Below are positions 30,044 to 39,874 of a DNA stretch of 64,000 nucleotides, piece after piece. The position numbers and the translations under genes were made by a program. Within the stretch, counting starts at the first letter, position 1. Every line of letters starts with the position of its first letter. Source of the DNA: Terriglobia bacterium (GTDB lineage: Bacteria; Acidobacteriota; Terriglobia; 2-12-FULL-54-10); the NCBI GenBank assembly GCA_963666975.2, contig CAXVYR010000003.1, positions 960,001-1,024,000 on the forward strand, given 5' to 3'. The notes beneath the pieces were generated by a model. That model worked only from the letters and a program-made list of their open reading frames with translations. It searched no databases and was not told the DNA's origin.

Positions 30044-30284
30044 GAGGCTATCGCTAACAGTTGCCGCTGCTTGCCGACGAAAACCCGTGAACACGCAACT
30101 TGAAAGCGCAAAAAATTAAAGTCACAACGGCCGAGAGCAGCACGGCCCTCGATACACTGACCTCTCTGATTTGCCAAGGCTCTCAGTATAGCGGGAATAT
30201 GCCATTGGTGGAAGGAGACTTAGGAGAGTGGAGCGTTGTGGATTCCGCCCAGGCGGTCAAAAACCGAGCCTTCCCGCGAATCGT

Positions 30285-31298
30285 TCAACTGTCTTCTGAG
30301 GAACGAAATGCCGCCAGGTAGGATTCCTTCTCATCCGGCATCAGAAAGGCTGCCCGGAAGGAAGCCTCCGCCAGGCGTGTGAGTTCTTCTCTGCTGAAAC
30401 CGAAGACTTCATGGGCCAGCAGATACTCCCGGTTCAGGTGGGTTTCAAACAAAGCCGGGTCGTCCGTATTGAGCGATAGCAGCAGGCCCTGGTTAAAATA
30501 GTGCCGTAGCGGGTGCGTGGAAAGCTCCGGGAGACACCCTGTGCGAACATTGCTGGTCATGCAGATATCGACCGGAATTTGGCGTGCGGCGAGATGCTCC
30601 ACCAGGCGGGGATCGCGCGCTGCCGTGAAGCCGTGACTGATGCGTTCCGCGCCGAGAGCATCGAGGGCGCCCCACACGGATACCGGCCCTGCTGTCTCGC
30701 CGGCATGGGCCGTCAGGCGCAGGCCCTGCTTCCGGGCGTTGTCGAAGACGCCGCGGAAAAGTTCCGGAGCGCCCCTTTGTTCATCGCCCCCAATGCCGAT
30801 CCCGACGACGCCACGGTCCTGCAACCGAACCGCTTCCCGCAAGACGGCTTCCGCCGATTCCAGACCGAATTGCCGCACCGTGTCAAAAATCCATTTCACT
30901 CGGATGCCGAAATCTTCCTGAGCCCGCCGGGCGCCCGCCTCCATCCCCTCAAAACTGCCGAGCAGGTTCTCACCCTTCCACAGGACCACCCCGGCCGAAA
31001 GCGTGACCTCCGCGTACCGCACGTTCTGTTGCGCAAGCCGGCTGAGGGCTTTGTGGGTGATGAACTCGTAGTCCTCCGGCGTCTGCAGCAGTTCGCAAAC
31101 CGCCCGGAAAGCCTGCAAGAAGGCACCGAAATCGCGAGTGGCGTACAGCTCGCGCACCTGTTCCCCGCCCCCGTCAGCCAGAGGGGAGCGATGCCGGCGC
31201 GCCAACTCGAGTAGCGTCTCCGGCTCCACAGACCCCTCCAAATGCACATGCAGCTCTGCTTTGGGAAGCCTGGCAATAAATTCTTCTATAGAGGACAC
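30285..31298 (-). CDS. add: Adenosine/adenine deaminase
   Basis: Motifs PKAELHVHLEG, AHAGE and NTDDP. Confidence 0.92.
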   Translation of the reverse strand: MSSIEEFIARLPKAELHVHLEGSVEPETLLELARRHRSPLADGGGEQVRELYATRDFGAFLQAFRAVCELLQTPEDYEFITHKALSRLAQQNVRYAEVTLSAGVVLWKGENLLGSFEGMEAGARRAQEDFGIRVKWIFDTVRQFGLESAEAVLREAVRLQDRGVVGIGIGGDEQRGAPELFRGVFDNARKQGLRLTAHAGETAGPVSVWGALDALGAERISHGFTAARDPRLVEHLAARQIPVDICMTSNVRTGCLPELSTHPLRHYFNQGLLLSLNTDDPALFETHLNREYLLAHEVFGFSREELTRLAEASFRAAFLMPDEKESYLAAFRSSEDS

Positions 31299-31336
31299 GA
31301 TGCTGAATTTTTCTCCTGCAGAAATAGTCGGAGAGA

Positions 31337-31850
31337 CTACGAGGTGGCGAACTCGCTATGACGGCGGCTGTAGACCCAATATATGACCATCCTCACGCCG
31401 AGCCATACAAAGAAACGCGACCCAGTCAGCACGACAAACTGGCCATCAAGGTGAGGTCGGCGCAAGGCAGCACGGGTCCCAGGGCACGTGGCTGTAGGCG
31501 TATGTGCAGGCGCTGCCTGCAACGGGAATCCGGGAAGCCCGTTCCGCATAGCAAAGCGCTGCCAGCCCGCAAGCGATGGCGGTGAGAAGGAAGGAAAGGG
31601 CAATGGCAGGACCCGCGCCGGGCCGCCCGGACCTCCCTGCCGCCTCGCTCCCGTGGAGGATCACGCTCAGGAGAGGAGCGTGGAGAAGGGATACCACTTG
31701 CAGCGTCTCGCCGACGGCAGCCCTACCGCTGAGAACGAAGATGCCCGCCCCAATGACAGCACCGAGGGCGGTTAAGCTCCACGGACCCAGAGATCTTCCG
31801 AGGCGATATAGCGGACCCGCAGACTCGGCAATGAGTTTGTCAATTCTCTT
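31337..31850 (-). pseudogene. APC-family amino acid permease relic with large internal deletion
   Basis: GPWSLTALGAVIGAGIFVLSG...GPAIALSF...ALCYAE.AS.IPVAGSA.TYAY is joined almost directly to the C-terminal RFFVWL....IY..YSRRHSEF in another frame. Confidence 0.75.
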
Positions 31851-31980
31851 GGTCCGCGCTCTTGGTCCGCAGCAGATGGCTGCCCATTGCAGTCCTTCAC
31901 CAGAGATTGAATCACTGTGCGGATGCCCAGCAAAGTTCTTCCTTATGGCGTGCGGGAGCTATAGCTGCTTGCGGCAACCG

Positions 31981-32133
31981 TTAGCGCCGCGACTGGCCCC
32001 TGACCAGCTTCTTCACTTTCCTCTTGTGGGAGCCACGGTCGCCCTCCCTTTTAGCTTTGGGGGCCTGTTTCTTGCGTGCTTCCCTTTTCAGCTTTTTGCG
32101 TTCTGCGCGATCCTTGATTTTCCGTGTGTCCAT
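31981..32133 (-). CDS. 50-aa highly basic hypothetical protein (below the ORF-track cutoff)
   Basis: MDTRKIKDRAERKKLKREARKKQAPKAKREGDRGSHKRKVKKLVRGQSRR*. Starts 14 nt after the pmbA stop. Confidence 0.75.
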   Translation of the reverse strand: MDTRKIKDRAERKKLKREARKKQAPKAKREGDRGSHKRKVKKLVRGQSRR

Positions 32134-32147
32134 AAATCGAAAGAGCC

Positions 32148-33515
32148 TCAGTTACCAGCTACCGTCATTTCGCTGATCTTCAACGTTGGGGAGGCAACCG
32201 ACCCGCGGAACTCCAGGTCCGTGCCCACCATTGCAATTCCATTAAACATTTCGAGCAAGTTGCCGGCGACGGTAACTTCCTCCACGGGGTAGGCAAGCTC
32301 TCCGTTTTCAATCCACATGCCGGATGCTCCCCGGGAAAAATCTCCAGTCACAGCGTTCACGCCAAAACCTATAAAATCAGTTACATAAAACCCATTCTTC
32401 ACGGAGCGGATGATCTCTTCCGGGCTGTGCAAACCCGGCTGGAGAAAGAAATTGGTGGGGCTGATGCCAGGACTCCCAGCCATGCCCCGGGAAGCATTCC
32501 CTGTAGTCTTCATTCCCAGTTTTCGCGCCGCGTAACAGTTCAGCATATAGCTCGCAAGTACGCCCCGATCCATCACCACGGTACGGCCACTGCGAACGCC
32601 CTCCCCGTCAAACGGGGAAGAGCCGAAACCTCCCGGCATGGCGCCGTCATCGATGATCGTGACATGCTCGGAAGCTACTTTTTCGCCCAGTTTGCCGACC
32701 AGAAATGACGCGCCCCGGTAGATGGAGTCACCGCTGATAGCTTCAAACAGATTTTGAAGCAAACTCCCGGCAGTCAGCTGATCGAGAACAATCGGAACCC
32801 GGCACGTGGAAACTTTTCGGGCGCCGAGCCTCCGCAATGTCCGCTCAGCCGCCTTCCGGGCAACTTGGTCGGGAGCCTCCAGACCGGCAAAGCTGCGAGA
32901 GAGGCTATACCAGTAGTCGCGCTGCATCCCTAGCGTACCCGCCTCTCCGTCCGTTTCCGGCACTGCAATGGGAACCACGGAGAGCGAGCAGGTGGAATGC
33001 CGATACTCGCCACAAAACCCCTGTGAAGTCGCCAGGATTTTCCGGCCACGATAAGAATCGAAGGTCCCGCCTTCGGAATTCCGAATGCGCGGGTCGCAGT
33101 CAAACGCAATCTGCTCCGTTTTACGGGCCAGATCGATCATGAGGGAGGTTTCAAGCCGGCTCACGTCATCGTAGTACAGGTCCAACTCACCCGGATGACT
33201 CCCCACATGCTCCGCCTCCGGGAGGCCCGCACAAGGGTCTTCCGAGGTTACACGAGCCGCAGCCAGCGCGCTGGAAATCAACCGCTCGATCCCCTTCGTA
33301 GAAAAATCGGAAGTATAAGAACTGGCCGTGCGATGCCCCAGGAAAACGCGCAGACCGACCCCTTTGGCCCCGGATTCTTTGAGCTGCTCAATTTCGTTGC
33401 AGCGCACCGTGGTAGAAAACTCATTGCCCTCGCGCACCACACAGTCAGCCGCCGTCGCGCCGCTCTTGGTGGCGGTCTTCACCACGTCCGAGGCGAGTTG
33501 TTGTAGTTCACTCAT
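32148..33515 (-). CDS. pmbA: TldE/PmbA peptidase subunit
   Basis: Motifs SSPFDGEG, TGNA.R and GVNAVTGDFSRGASG. Adjacent to tldD. Confidence 0.92.
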   Translation of the reverse strand: MSELQQLASDVVKTATKSGATAADCVVREGNEFSTTVRCNEIEQLKESGAKGVGLRVFLGHRTASSYTSDFSTKGIERLISSALAAARVTSEDPCAGLPEAEHVGSHPGELDLYYDDVSRLETSLMIDLARKTEQIAFDCDPRIRNSEGGTFDSYRGRKILATSQGFCGEYRHSTCSLSVVPIAVPETDGEAGTLGMQRDYWYSLSRSFAGLEAPDQVARKAAERTLRRLGARKVSTCRVPIVLDQLTAGSLLQNLFEAISGDSIYRGASFLVGKLGEKVASEHVTIIDDGAMPGGFGSSPFDGEGVRSGRTVVMDRGVLASYMLNCYAARKLGMKTTGNASRGMAGSPGISPTNFFLQPGLHSPEEIIRSVKNGFYVTDFIGFGVNAVTGDFSRGASGMWIENGELAYPVEEVTVAGNLLEMFNGIAMVGTDLEFRGSVASPTLKISEMTVAGN

Positions 33516-33527
33516 ATACTCCTATCG

Positions 33528-34958
33528 TCATCCGGTTCCGCCGACCGTCAGCCGGTCTATCTTGATGGTGGGAATGCCGACGCCTACCGGAACCGTCTGG
33601 CCATGCTTGCCGCAACTGCCGATGCCTTCGTCCAAGGCAAGGTCGTGGCCGACCATGGAAACATGCTTCAGCACTTCGGGGCCGTTTCCGATCAAGGTGG
33701 CATTGCGAACCGGGCGTGTCACTTTGCCGTCCTCAATCCAGTATGCCTCCGATGCCGAAAAGACAAACTTTCCGTTGGTGATGTCCACCTGCCCCCCGCC
33801 GAACTGCACCGCATAGAGGCCCCGCCGCACGGAGCGGATGATCTCCTCCGGTTCTGAATTCCCGGCGAGCATAAAGGTGTTGGTCATGCGGGGCATGGGA
33901 ATGTCGGCGTAGCTTTCGCGCCGCCCGTTTCCTGTCAGCGACGCGCCGGTCAGCCGCCCGCTGAGCTTGTCTTGAAGATAGCCGCGCAATACGCCTTTTT
34001 CGATCAGAACAGTTTGCGATGTGGGCGTCCCTTCATCATCCACGTTGAGCGAGCCGCGCCGCGAAGGGATGGTGCCGTCGTCCACCACCGTGCAAAGCTC
34101 GCTGGCGACCTTCTGTCCGATGAGCCCGCTGAAGGCGGAGGTCTTTTTGCGGTTAAAGTCGGCCTCCAGGCCGTGCCCTACGGCCTCATGCAGCAGAATT
34201 CCAGGCCACCCCGGCGCCAGCACGACTTCCATCTCACCGGCCGGCGCATCGACGGCGGACAACTGGACAATCGCCTGCCGGGCTGCTTCGTCCGCGAAGT
34301 GCTCCGGAGTTTTATCTTCCAGAAAAAATTTCAACTCCACGCGGCCGCCCCCGCCGCTGAATCCGCGCTGCGTCACCTTGCCCTCCTGCGCCAGGCAGAA
34401 GACGCTGAAGCGCGCCAGTGGCTGGTAATCGCTGGTGACGCCGCCGTCGGAAGCAACGGTGAGAACGTGGCGCACCTCATCGGCATAGCCGACCCGCACC
34501 TGCGTGATTCGATTGTCATGGGCGCGGGCTGCCTTGTCCGCCCGCAGAACCAAGTCCAGCTTGGCGGCGATCTCCATATCGGTCGGAGCGGTGACCACGG
34601 GATAGAGGCTGCGGGAAAGTTTCAATTCGGAAAGCCCGACGGTCGAGACACGGGCCGGGCCGTTCGAAATATGGGCAGCGACTTGGGCCGCCTTCAGAAT
34701 CTTGTCACTCGATAGGTCGTCGGTGTAAGCATAACCGGTCCGCTCGCCGGAAAGGACGCGAACGCCGCATCCGGCGGAAACTCCCTGCGTCGCCCCTTTG
34801 ACCAGGGATTCATCCAAGGAAATGGATGTGCTCTCCTGATATTCAAAGTACAGATCAGCGTATTCCCCGCCCGCAGAGAGCGCCGCCGCCAAGTACTTCT
34901 CCAAATCCGAATCCGTGATGCCGTACTTCTCTTCGAAGAATTTCCGTTCGTGTTGCAT
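33528..34958 (-). CDS. tldD: TldD metalloprotease subunit
   Basis: Motifs LHEAVGHGLEADFNRK, PMPRMTNT and CGK.GQ.VPVGVG.PT. Confidence 0.96.
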   Translation of the reverse strand: MQHERKFFEEKYGITDSDLEKYLAAALSAGGEYADLYFEYQESTSISLDESLVKGATQGVSAGCGVRVLSGERTGYAYTDDLSSDKILKAAQVAAHISNGPARVSTVGLSELKLSRSLYPVVTAPTDMEIAAKLDLVLRADKAARAHDNRITQVRVGYADEVRHVLTVASDGGVTSDYQPLARFSVFCLAQEGKVTQRGFSGGGGRVELKFFLEDKTPEHFADEAARQAIVQLSAVDAPAGEMEVVLAPGWPGILLHEAVGHGLEADFNRKKTSAFSGLIGQKVASELCTVVDDGTIPSRRGSLNVDDEGTPTSQTVLIEKGVLRGYLQDKLSGRLTGASLTGNGRRESYADIPMPRMTNTFMLAGNSEPEEIIRSVRRGLYAVQFGGGQVDITNGKFVFSASEAYWIEDGKVTRPVRNATLIGNGPEVLKHVSMVGHDLALDEGIGSCGKHGQTVPVGVGIPTIKIDRLTVGGTG

Positions 34959-35033
34959 GATCCCGCCCCATCAATAAATAGTCAAAACACTATAGCATCC
35001 GACCGCCAGGGCGTCAAAATAGGCGCCGACGGC

Positions 35034-35480
35034 CTACCGCAGCAGCCGGAGCAGTTTTTCCCGGACCTGGAGGGCGTGTTTGGAGTCGGGGGCGACGGCA
35101 AAAACCGTGTCATCGCCGGCGATGGTGCCCATGATCTCCGGCCAGTCTCCATTGTCCAGCGCGACGGCCACAGGCTGCGCGCTGCCAGGGTCAGTCCGTA
35201 TGATGACAATGTTTTGCGCGGTGTTCACATCCCGCACAAACTCCTCGATCGCACGTTTCAAAGTGCCCGACTGTCCCTCCGCCGCCGAGGCGGCCTGCTG
35301 CGCTTCCCGATACCCTTGCGGAGCCTTAACCAATCCAAGCTCCCGGATGTCGCGCGAAAGCGTCACCTGCGCCACATCAATCCCCAGTTTCCTGAGGGCG
35401 AGCGAAAGTTCTTCCTGCGTATGGATGTGCTGTCTGCGGATCAGGTTAAGAATCTGTCCCTGGCGAAAGTTTTTTTTCAT
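35034..35480 (-). CDS. argR: Arginine repressor
   Basis: Motifs TQEEL, Q.TLSRDIRELG and GTIAGDDT. Confidence 0.93.
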   Translation of the reverse strand: MKKNFRQGQILNLIRRQHIHTQEELSLALRKLGIDVAQVTLSRDIRELGLVKAPQGYREAQQAASAAEGQSGTLKRAIEEFVRDVNTAQNIVIIRTDPGSAQPVAVALDNGDWPEIMGTIAGDDTVFAVAPDSKHALQVREKLLRLLR

Positions 35481-35513
35481 GACGCCTAGTGCGCGGCGGC
35501 GGAAAAAGCGTTA

Positions 35514-35678
35514 GCCACAGAGTCACCGAGACACAGAGACATAACGCCTTGAAATATCGACGGAACCCCTTGATGGAAACCGCTGATGGAAATCATAGCC
35601 GGGTGTGCCATATCCGTGCGAAACCATCTTAACGCAAGCCCTTCTCTGTCATCCTCCGTGTCTCTGTGCCTCAGCGGC
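35514..35678. repeat. Imperfect inverted repeat of the (CACAGAGA)n type
   Basis: GCCACAGAGTCACCGAGACACAGAG (35514) ... CTCCGTGTCTCTGTGCCTCAGCGGC (35678). Confidence 0.6.
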
Positions 35679-35727
35679 GAAAAACCAAATTCCTGCAAGA
35701 ATTCTTGCTCAAACATGTGCGCCTACG

Positions 35728-37473
35728 CTACAGGTTCTCGTAGTTCGGGCCTCCTCCGCCTTCGGGGGGCACCCAGGTGATGATCTGGTACGGGTCCATA
35801 ATATCGCAAGTTTTGCAGTGCACGCAGTTGGATGGGTTCAGATGGATCTGTGAACGGCCGTCCTTCTCCTCTACCATTTCATAAACAGCGGCGGGACAGA
35901 AAAACCGGCAAGGGTTTCCGTACTCCACCGTGCAGCGGTCGTTGCAGATATTGGTATCGGCGATCAGCAGGTGGCAGGGCTGGTCCTCCTCGTGCTTGGT
36001 GGAGGAGTGGTAGACGTCGGTGAGTTTGTCAAAAGTCAGCTTGCCATCGGGAGAAAAACTGGGCCGCTCCGGACTGGCCGCGCTGTTGTGCGACTTCCTA
36101 TTCTGCAACTTGTCATTCTGCGACTTGCCTTTCTGTAACTGGCGAAGACGCTCATGTCCCGCACGGTTGCCGTAGCGGTCGCGGAGTCCTCGCCCGCCGG
36201 TAAACATTTGGACCCCTGCATGGAAAGCTCCCCGAAGCATCCCTCCCTCAAATCCCTGGTGATAGTTTCGTGTCTTCCACAACTCTTCTTTCACCCAACT
36301 GCTCTCGATGCGGCGAACATAATCAGAAAGACTGTCCTCTGAAAAATCGTTCCGGCGCAGCGCATTGAAAACTGTCTCCGCCGCCAGCATGCCGCTCTTG
36401 ATAGCCAAGTGAATCCCTTTCAGCCGCTGGGAGTTCAGGAACCCGGCGCTGTCGCCCACCAGCAGCGCGCCGCCGGTGACGAGCTTGGGCAAAGCGAACC
36501 AGCCGCCCTCGGGAATGGTCTTGGCGCCGTACTTGAGCATCTTGCCGCCTTCCAAAATGCGGCGAATGAGCGGATGCGTCTTGTAACGCTGGAAGGCTTC
36601 GTGCGGGTCAAACATCGGGTCCGTGTAGTCGAGCCCGGAGACCAAACCCAAAGAAACCCTTCCTTCAGGCAGAGCGTACAGCCAGCCGCCGCCATACTGC
36701 GCCGAGGTCAGCGGCCAGCCCGCCGTGTGGATGACAGTGCCCGGCTCGATGCGCCCTTCTGGAACTTCCCACAACTCCTTGATGCCGACGGCATAGGTCT
36801 GCGGATTGCTCTCCTGATCCAGCTTCATCCGCTCGATCAGTTGCTTGGCAAGCGATCCGCGCGGCCCTTCGGCCAGCACCGTCACTTTGGCCCGCAGGTC
36901 GTAGCCAGGCTCAAAGTTGCTCTTCGGCTTCCCTTCGCGATCGAGACCCTTGTCATCGGTGCGCACTCCCACTACGCGCCCCTCTTCGTAAAGCATCTCC
37001 TTGCCGGCAAACCCGGCAAAGACGCTTACCCCTGCCGTCTCGACCTTCTCTCCCAGCCACCGCCCCAGACGGTTGAGCGATACAGCGAAGTTGCCGTGAT
37101 TATGAAGAAACGGGGGAGTGATGGGGAGCTTCCATTGGCTTCGCTCCGTGAGAAAGTAAACCGAATCCTGCAGTACGGGTGTCAGCCAGGAATTTTTCTC
37201 AGCAGCGACGTCCCGGTCAAAGTCAGGCAGCAGCTCCCGCAATCCTCGCGGATCGACCACCGCGCCGGAAAGCAGATGCGAGCCGATCTCCCGGCCCTTT
37301 TCGAACAAGTAAACTTCCTCGGAGGAAAGTTTCCCGCCCTTGCGCGCGCCGGAATCGATCTCGGCGTTGTGCTGCTCAATGAGCTGAGCCAGGCGCAATG
37401 CCGTGGCCAGCCCGGCCGGACCGGCGCCCACGATTACTACATCTGCTTCGAGTTGTTCGCGTTCCACAGTCAC
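35728..37473 (-). CDS. Electron transfer flavoprotein:quinone oxidoreductase
   Basis: Motifs GAGPAG, KGIHLAIKSG, HEEDQPCHL, FCPAAVYE and NCVHCKTCDI (4Fe-4S). Confidence 0.95.
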   Translation of the reverse strand: MTVEREQLEADVVIVGAGPAGLATALRLAQLIEQHNAEIDSGARKGGKLSSEEVYLFEKGREIGSHLLSGAVVDPRGLRELLPDFDRDVAAEKNSWLTPVLQDSVYFLTERSQWKLPITPPFLHNHGNFAVSLNRLGRWLGEKVETAGVSVFAGFAGKEMLYEEGRVVGVRTDDKGLDREGKPKSNFEPGYDLRAKVTVLAEGPRGSLAKQLIERMKLDQESNPQTYAVGIKELWEVPEGRIEPGTVIHTAGWPLTSAQYGGGWLYALPEGRVSLGLVSGLDYTDPMFDPHEAFQRYKTHPLIRRILEGGKMLKYGAKTIPEGGWFALPKLVTGGALLVGDSAGFLNSQRLKGIHLAIKSGMLAAETVFNALRRNDFSEDSLSDYVRRIESSWVKEELWKTRNYHQGFEGGMLRGAFHAGVQMFTGGRGLRDRYGNRAGHERLRQLQKGKSQNDKLQNRKSHNSAASPERPSFSPDGKLTFDKLTDVYHSSTKHEEDQPCHLLIADTNICNDRCTVEYGNPCRFFCPAAVYEMVEEKDGRSQIHLNPSNCVHCKTCDIMDPYQIITWVPPEGGGGPNYENL

Positions 37474-37519
37474 GGTTCCATTCTAGTAATAGAAACCAGC
37501 ACGTTTGCCATCCAGCGTT

Positions 37520-37735
37520 TCAGCGATGTTTCTGGAACTCTTCCCGGGTTATTCCCATTTGGCGCAGGATTTTGAAGAAGAGCGGCGGACCGATCTCGCG
37601 ACCGCCGTGAAGGGGAATGGTCACGGCACGACCATCCGCATGATTCCAACGTTCGTGACTGCCAACTTGCCGCGTATGGAAAAACCCGAGCTTGCGAGCC
37701 ACCTTTTGGAATTCGCGCGCTGTAGCACTAGGCAT
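37520..37735 (-). CDS. hicA: HicA family toxin
   Basis: RQVGSHERW.H.DGR..TIPLH. Confidence 0.88.
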   Translation of the reverse strand: MPSATAREFQKVARKLGFFHTRQVGSHERWNHADGRAVTIPLHGGREIGPPLFFKILRQMGITREEFQKHR

Positions 37736-37940
37736 GCACGATTTCAGTGGTATCTGCTGGAAGGGGCAAGCCTTTCTCGCGGTATTCTCTTGAAATCATC
37801 TGAAAGACTTGGGACAACTCTGCAAGCGCTTTTTCCCGAGTCGGCATCAGCGCATAACAGCCCGAAATGGCCGGGACTTCTGCTACCCATGCTCCATCTT
37901 CCTGGCGATACAAAACAATCTTGTAATCCTGGAATTCCAC
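37728..37940 (-). CDS. hicB: HicB family antitoxin (short)
   Basis: YKIVLYRQEDGAWVAEVPAISGC...TREKAL. GTG start inferred. Confidence 0.85.
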   Translation of the reverse strand: MEFQDYKIVLYRQEDGAWVAEVPAISGCYALMPTREKALAELSQVFQMISREYREKGLPLPADTTEIVHA

Positions 37941-38008
37941 TGCGCTTCCCCCTAAGTTCTCTACTCTAGCACAACCGACCAGCGCCGGCACCCCCGACTC
38001 TGGGGCTT

Positions 38009-39001
38009 TTACTGCCCTTTGGCTTTGTTAATTTCCTCGATCAAGGCAGGGACCACGTCAAACAGGTTGGCGACGATTCCGTAATCGGCCACTTCAAAGA
38101 TCGGCGCGTTCTGGTCTTTATTGACGGCGACGATGGTGCGCGCGCCTTTCATCCCCACCAGGTGCTGGATGGCTCCGGAGATTCCCAGCGCCAGGTAGAG
38201 CTTAGGGGCAACGGTCTGCCCGGAACTGCCGATCTGGCGGTCCATCGGGAGCCACCCGTTGTCGCAGATGGGCCGCGACCCGCCGACCTCCGCGCCGAGC
38301 GCGTCGGCCAGCTTCTGAATCAGCGCAAGATTCTCCTGCTCCTTGATCCCCCGGCCCGCCGCGACAATGATTTCCGCCTGAGTTAGATCGACCGTGCGCT
38401 TGGCTTCCTGGAACTTTTCCAGCGGCTGGGTGCGTACCTTGCCGGATTCGATCTTGACGGACGCAGTTTCGATAGCAGCAGGATTCTCTCCCCTGACCAG
38501 TTGGTCTGCCTGAAAACTGCCGGCTTGTACGGAGACGAAATAAGGCGGATCGCCGGTGAACGATACGTCTGCATTCATCTTGCCCTGAAAAAGCTGCCGG
38601 GTGAAAACCAGGCTGCCGTTTTCCATCCGGTACCCGATGCAGTCGCTCAGGAATGACCGCTCAATCCCGGTCGCCAGCTTTGGGGCAAAATCGCGAACTT
38701 GATATGTGTGCGGCAGCAGGACCAGGTAAGGCTTTCCGGCCGCAATGACCTCGCGGAGGGCAAGGCAATACGCATCCGGAGTGTATTCCTTCAGCAAAGG
38801 GTCTTCCAGGAGCCGGACGCATGACAGCTTGCTGGCGGCAACCTCATCGGCAATCGCGCGAACTCCCTCCCCCAGCACCAAGGCTTCCACGGGCTTGGAC
38901 AACTCTTTCCCGATCCGCTGGGCAGCCGACAGAGCCTCCCAACTCATACGGTTCAGCTTCCCTTCCTGCTGTTCCATCACTGCTAGAATGGCGTCACTCA
39001 T
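38009..39001 (-). CDS. etfA: Electron transfer flavoprotein alpha
   Basis: Motifs [11 protein letters not shown] and GISGAIQH. Confidence 0.96.
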   Translation of the reverse strand: MSDAILAVMEQQEGKLNRMSWEALSAAQRIGKELSKPVEALVLGEGVRAIADEVAASKLSCVRLLEDPLLKEYTPDAYCLALREVIAAGKPYLVLLPHTYQVRDFAPKLATGIERSFLSDCIGYRMENGSLVFTRQLFQGKMNADVSFTGDPPYFVSVQAGSFQADQLVRGENPAAIETASVKIESGKVRTQPLEKFQEAKRTVDLTQAEIIVAAGRGIKEQENLALIQKLADALGAEVGGSRPICDNGWLPMDRQIGSSGQTVAPKLYLALGISGAIQHLVGMKGARTIVAVNKDQNAPIFEVADYGIVANLFDVVPALIEEINKAKGQ

Positions 39002-39050
39002 ACTTCCCCTTTGGCGGAAAAAGAAACTTGCTATTCTGAAACTGGCAGTG

Positions 39051-39830
39051 TCATAGCACGCGAGCGTCCTGTTTCAATTTCTCAACCAGCTTGGCGGCGA
39101 CCTCTCTGGGCGGCCCGTCGATAAACTCGGTCTGCTTGGTCTTGACCGGCACATAAACTCGGTGGAGCTTCTGCCTGCCGGCCAGCTCTTCGGCTTTCAA
39201 ACCCAACTCGGCGGCCTTGACCCGGCGGGTTTCCTTTGACTTGGCCTGCTTGATGCCCTTCAGCGTGGCATACCGCAGCTTGTTGATGCCGGACTGGATG
39301 GTCAGTAAAGCGGGCAGCGGCATCTGGACCCACTGAAACCATCCGCCTTCCAGCTCCCGTTTTACCTTCAGCCGCCCGTCTTCGGCCTGCACTTCCATAA
39401 TGATGGTCGCATGGGGCACGCCCAGCAGCTCGGCAAGCACGACGCCGGTTTGGGCAAAGCCGAAATCATCGGATTGCAGTCCCGTACAGATCAGATCAAA
39501 CCCTTCCTGTCGCGCCGCTTCCGCCATCAGCCGCGCCGCGGGATAGCTGTCCAGCCGCGAGCCGCTATCCTCTACAAGGTGGATGGCACGGTCGGCGCCT
39601 TTGGCCAAAGCTTCCCGGATCACCTGCTGAACGCGGTCCGGCCCCACGCTGCAGACGACCACCTCGCCGCCGTGTTTCTCTTTCAACCGCAAGGCTTCTT
39701 CCAAAGCATAGGCGTCCGGCTCATTGATTTCGTAACTCAAGTCTTGTTCCCGAATCCAGGTTGAATCCTCCGTCACACGCAAGGTCGAGTCCTTGGAGGG
39801 AACCTGTTTGATGCAAACCATGATTTTCAT
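39051..39830 (-). CDS. etfB: Electron transfer flavoprotein beta
   Basis: Motifs MKIMVCIKQVP, YALEEALRLKE and RELEGG. Confidence 0.96.
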   Translation of the reverse strand: MKIMVCIKQVPSKDSTLRVTEDSTWIREQDLSYEINEPDAYALEEALRLKEKHGGEVVVCSVGPDRVQQVIREALAKGADRAIHLVEDSGSRLDSYPAARLMAEAARQEGFDLICTGLQSDDFGFAQTGVVLAELLGVPHATIIMEVQAEDGRLKVKRELEGGWFQWVQMPLPALLTIQSGINKLRYATLKGIKQAKSKETRRVKAAELGLKAEELAGRQKLHRVYVPVKTKQTEFIDGPPREVAAKLVEKLKQDARVL

Positions 39831-39874
39831 GGGAGTTTTCCTAATTGATTTAGACGAGCAAAAGGCTTGTGCTT

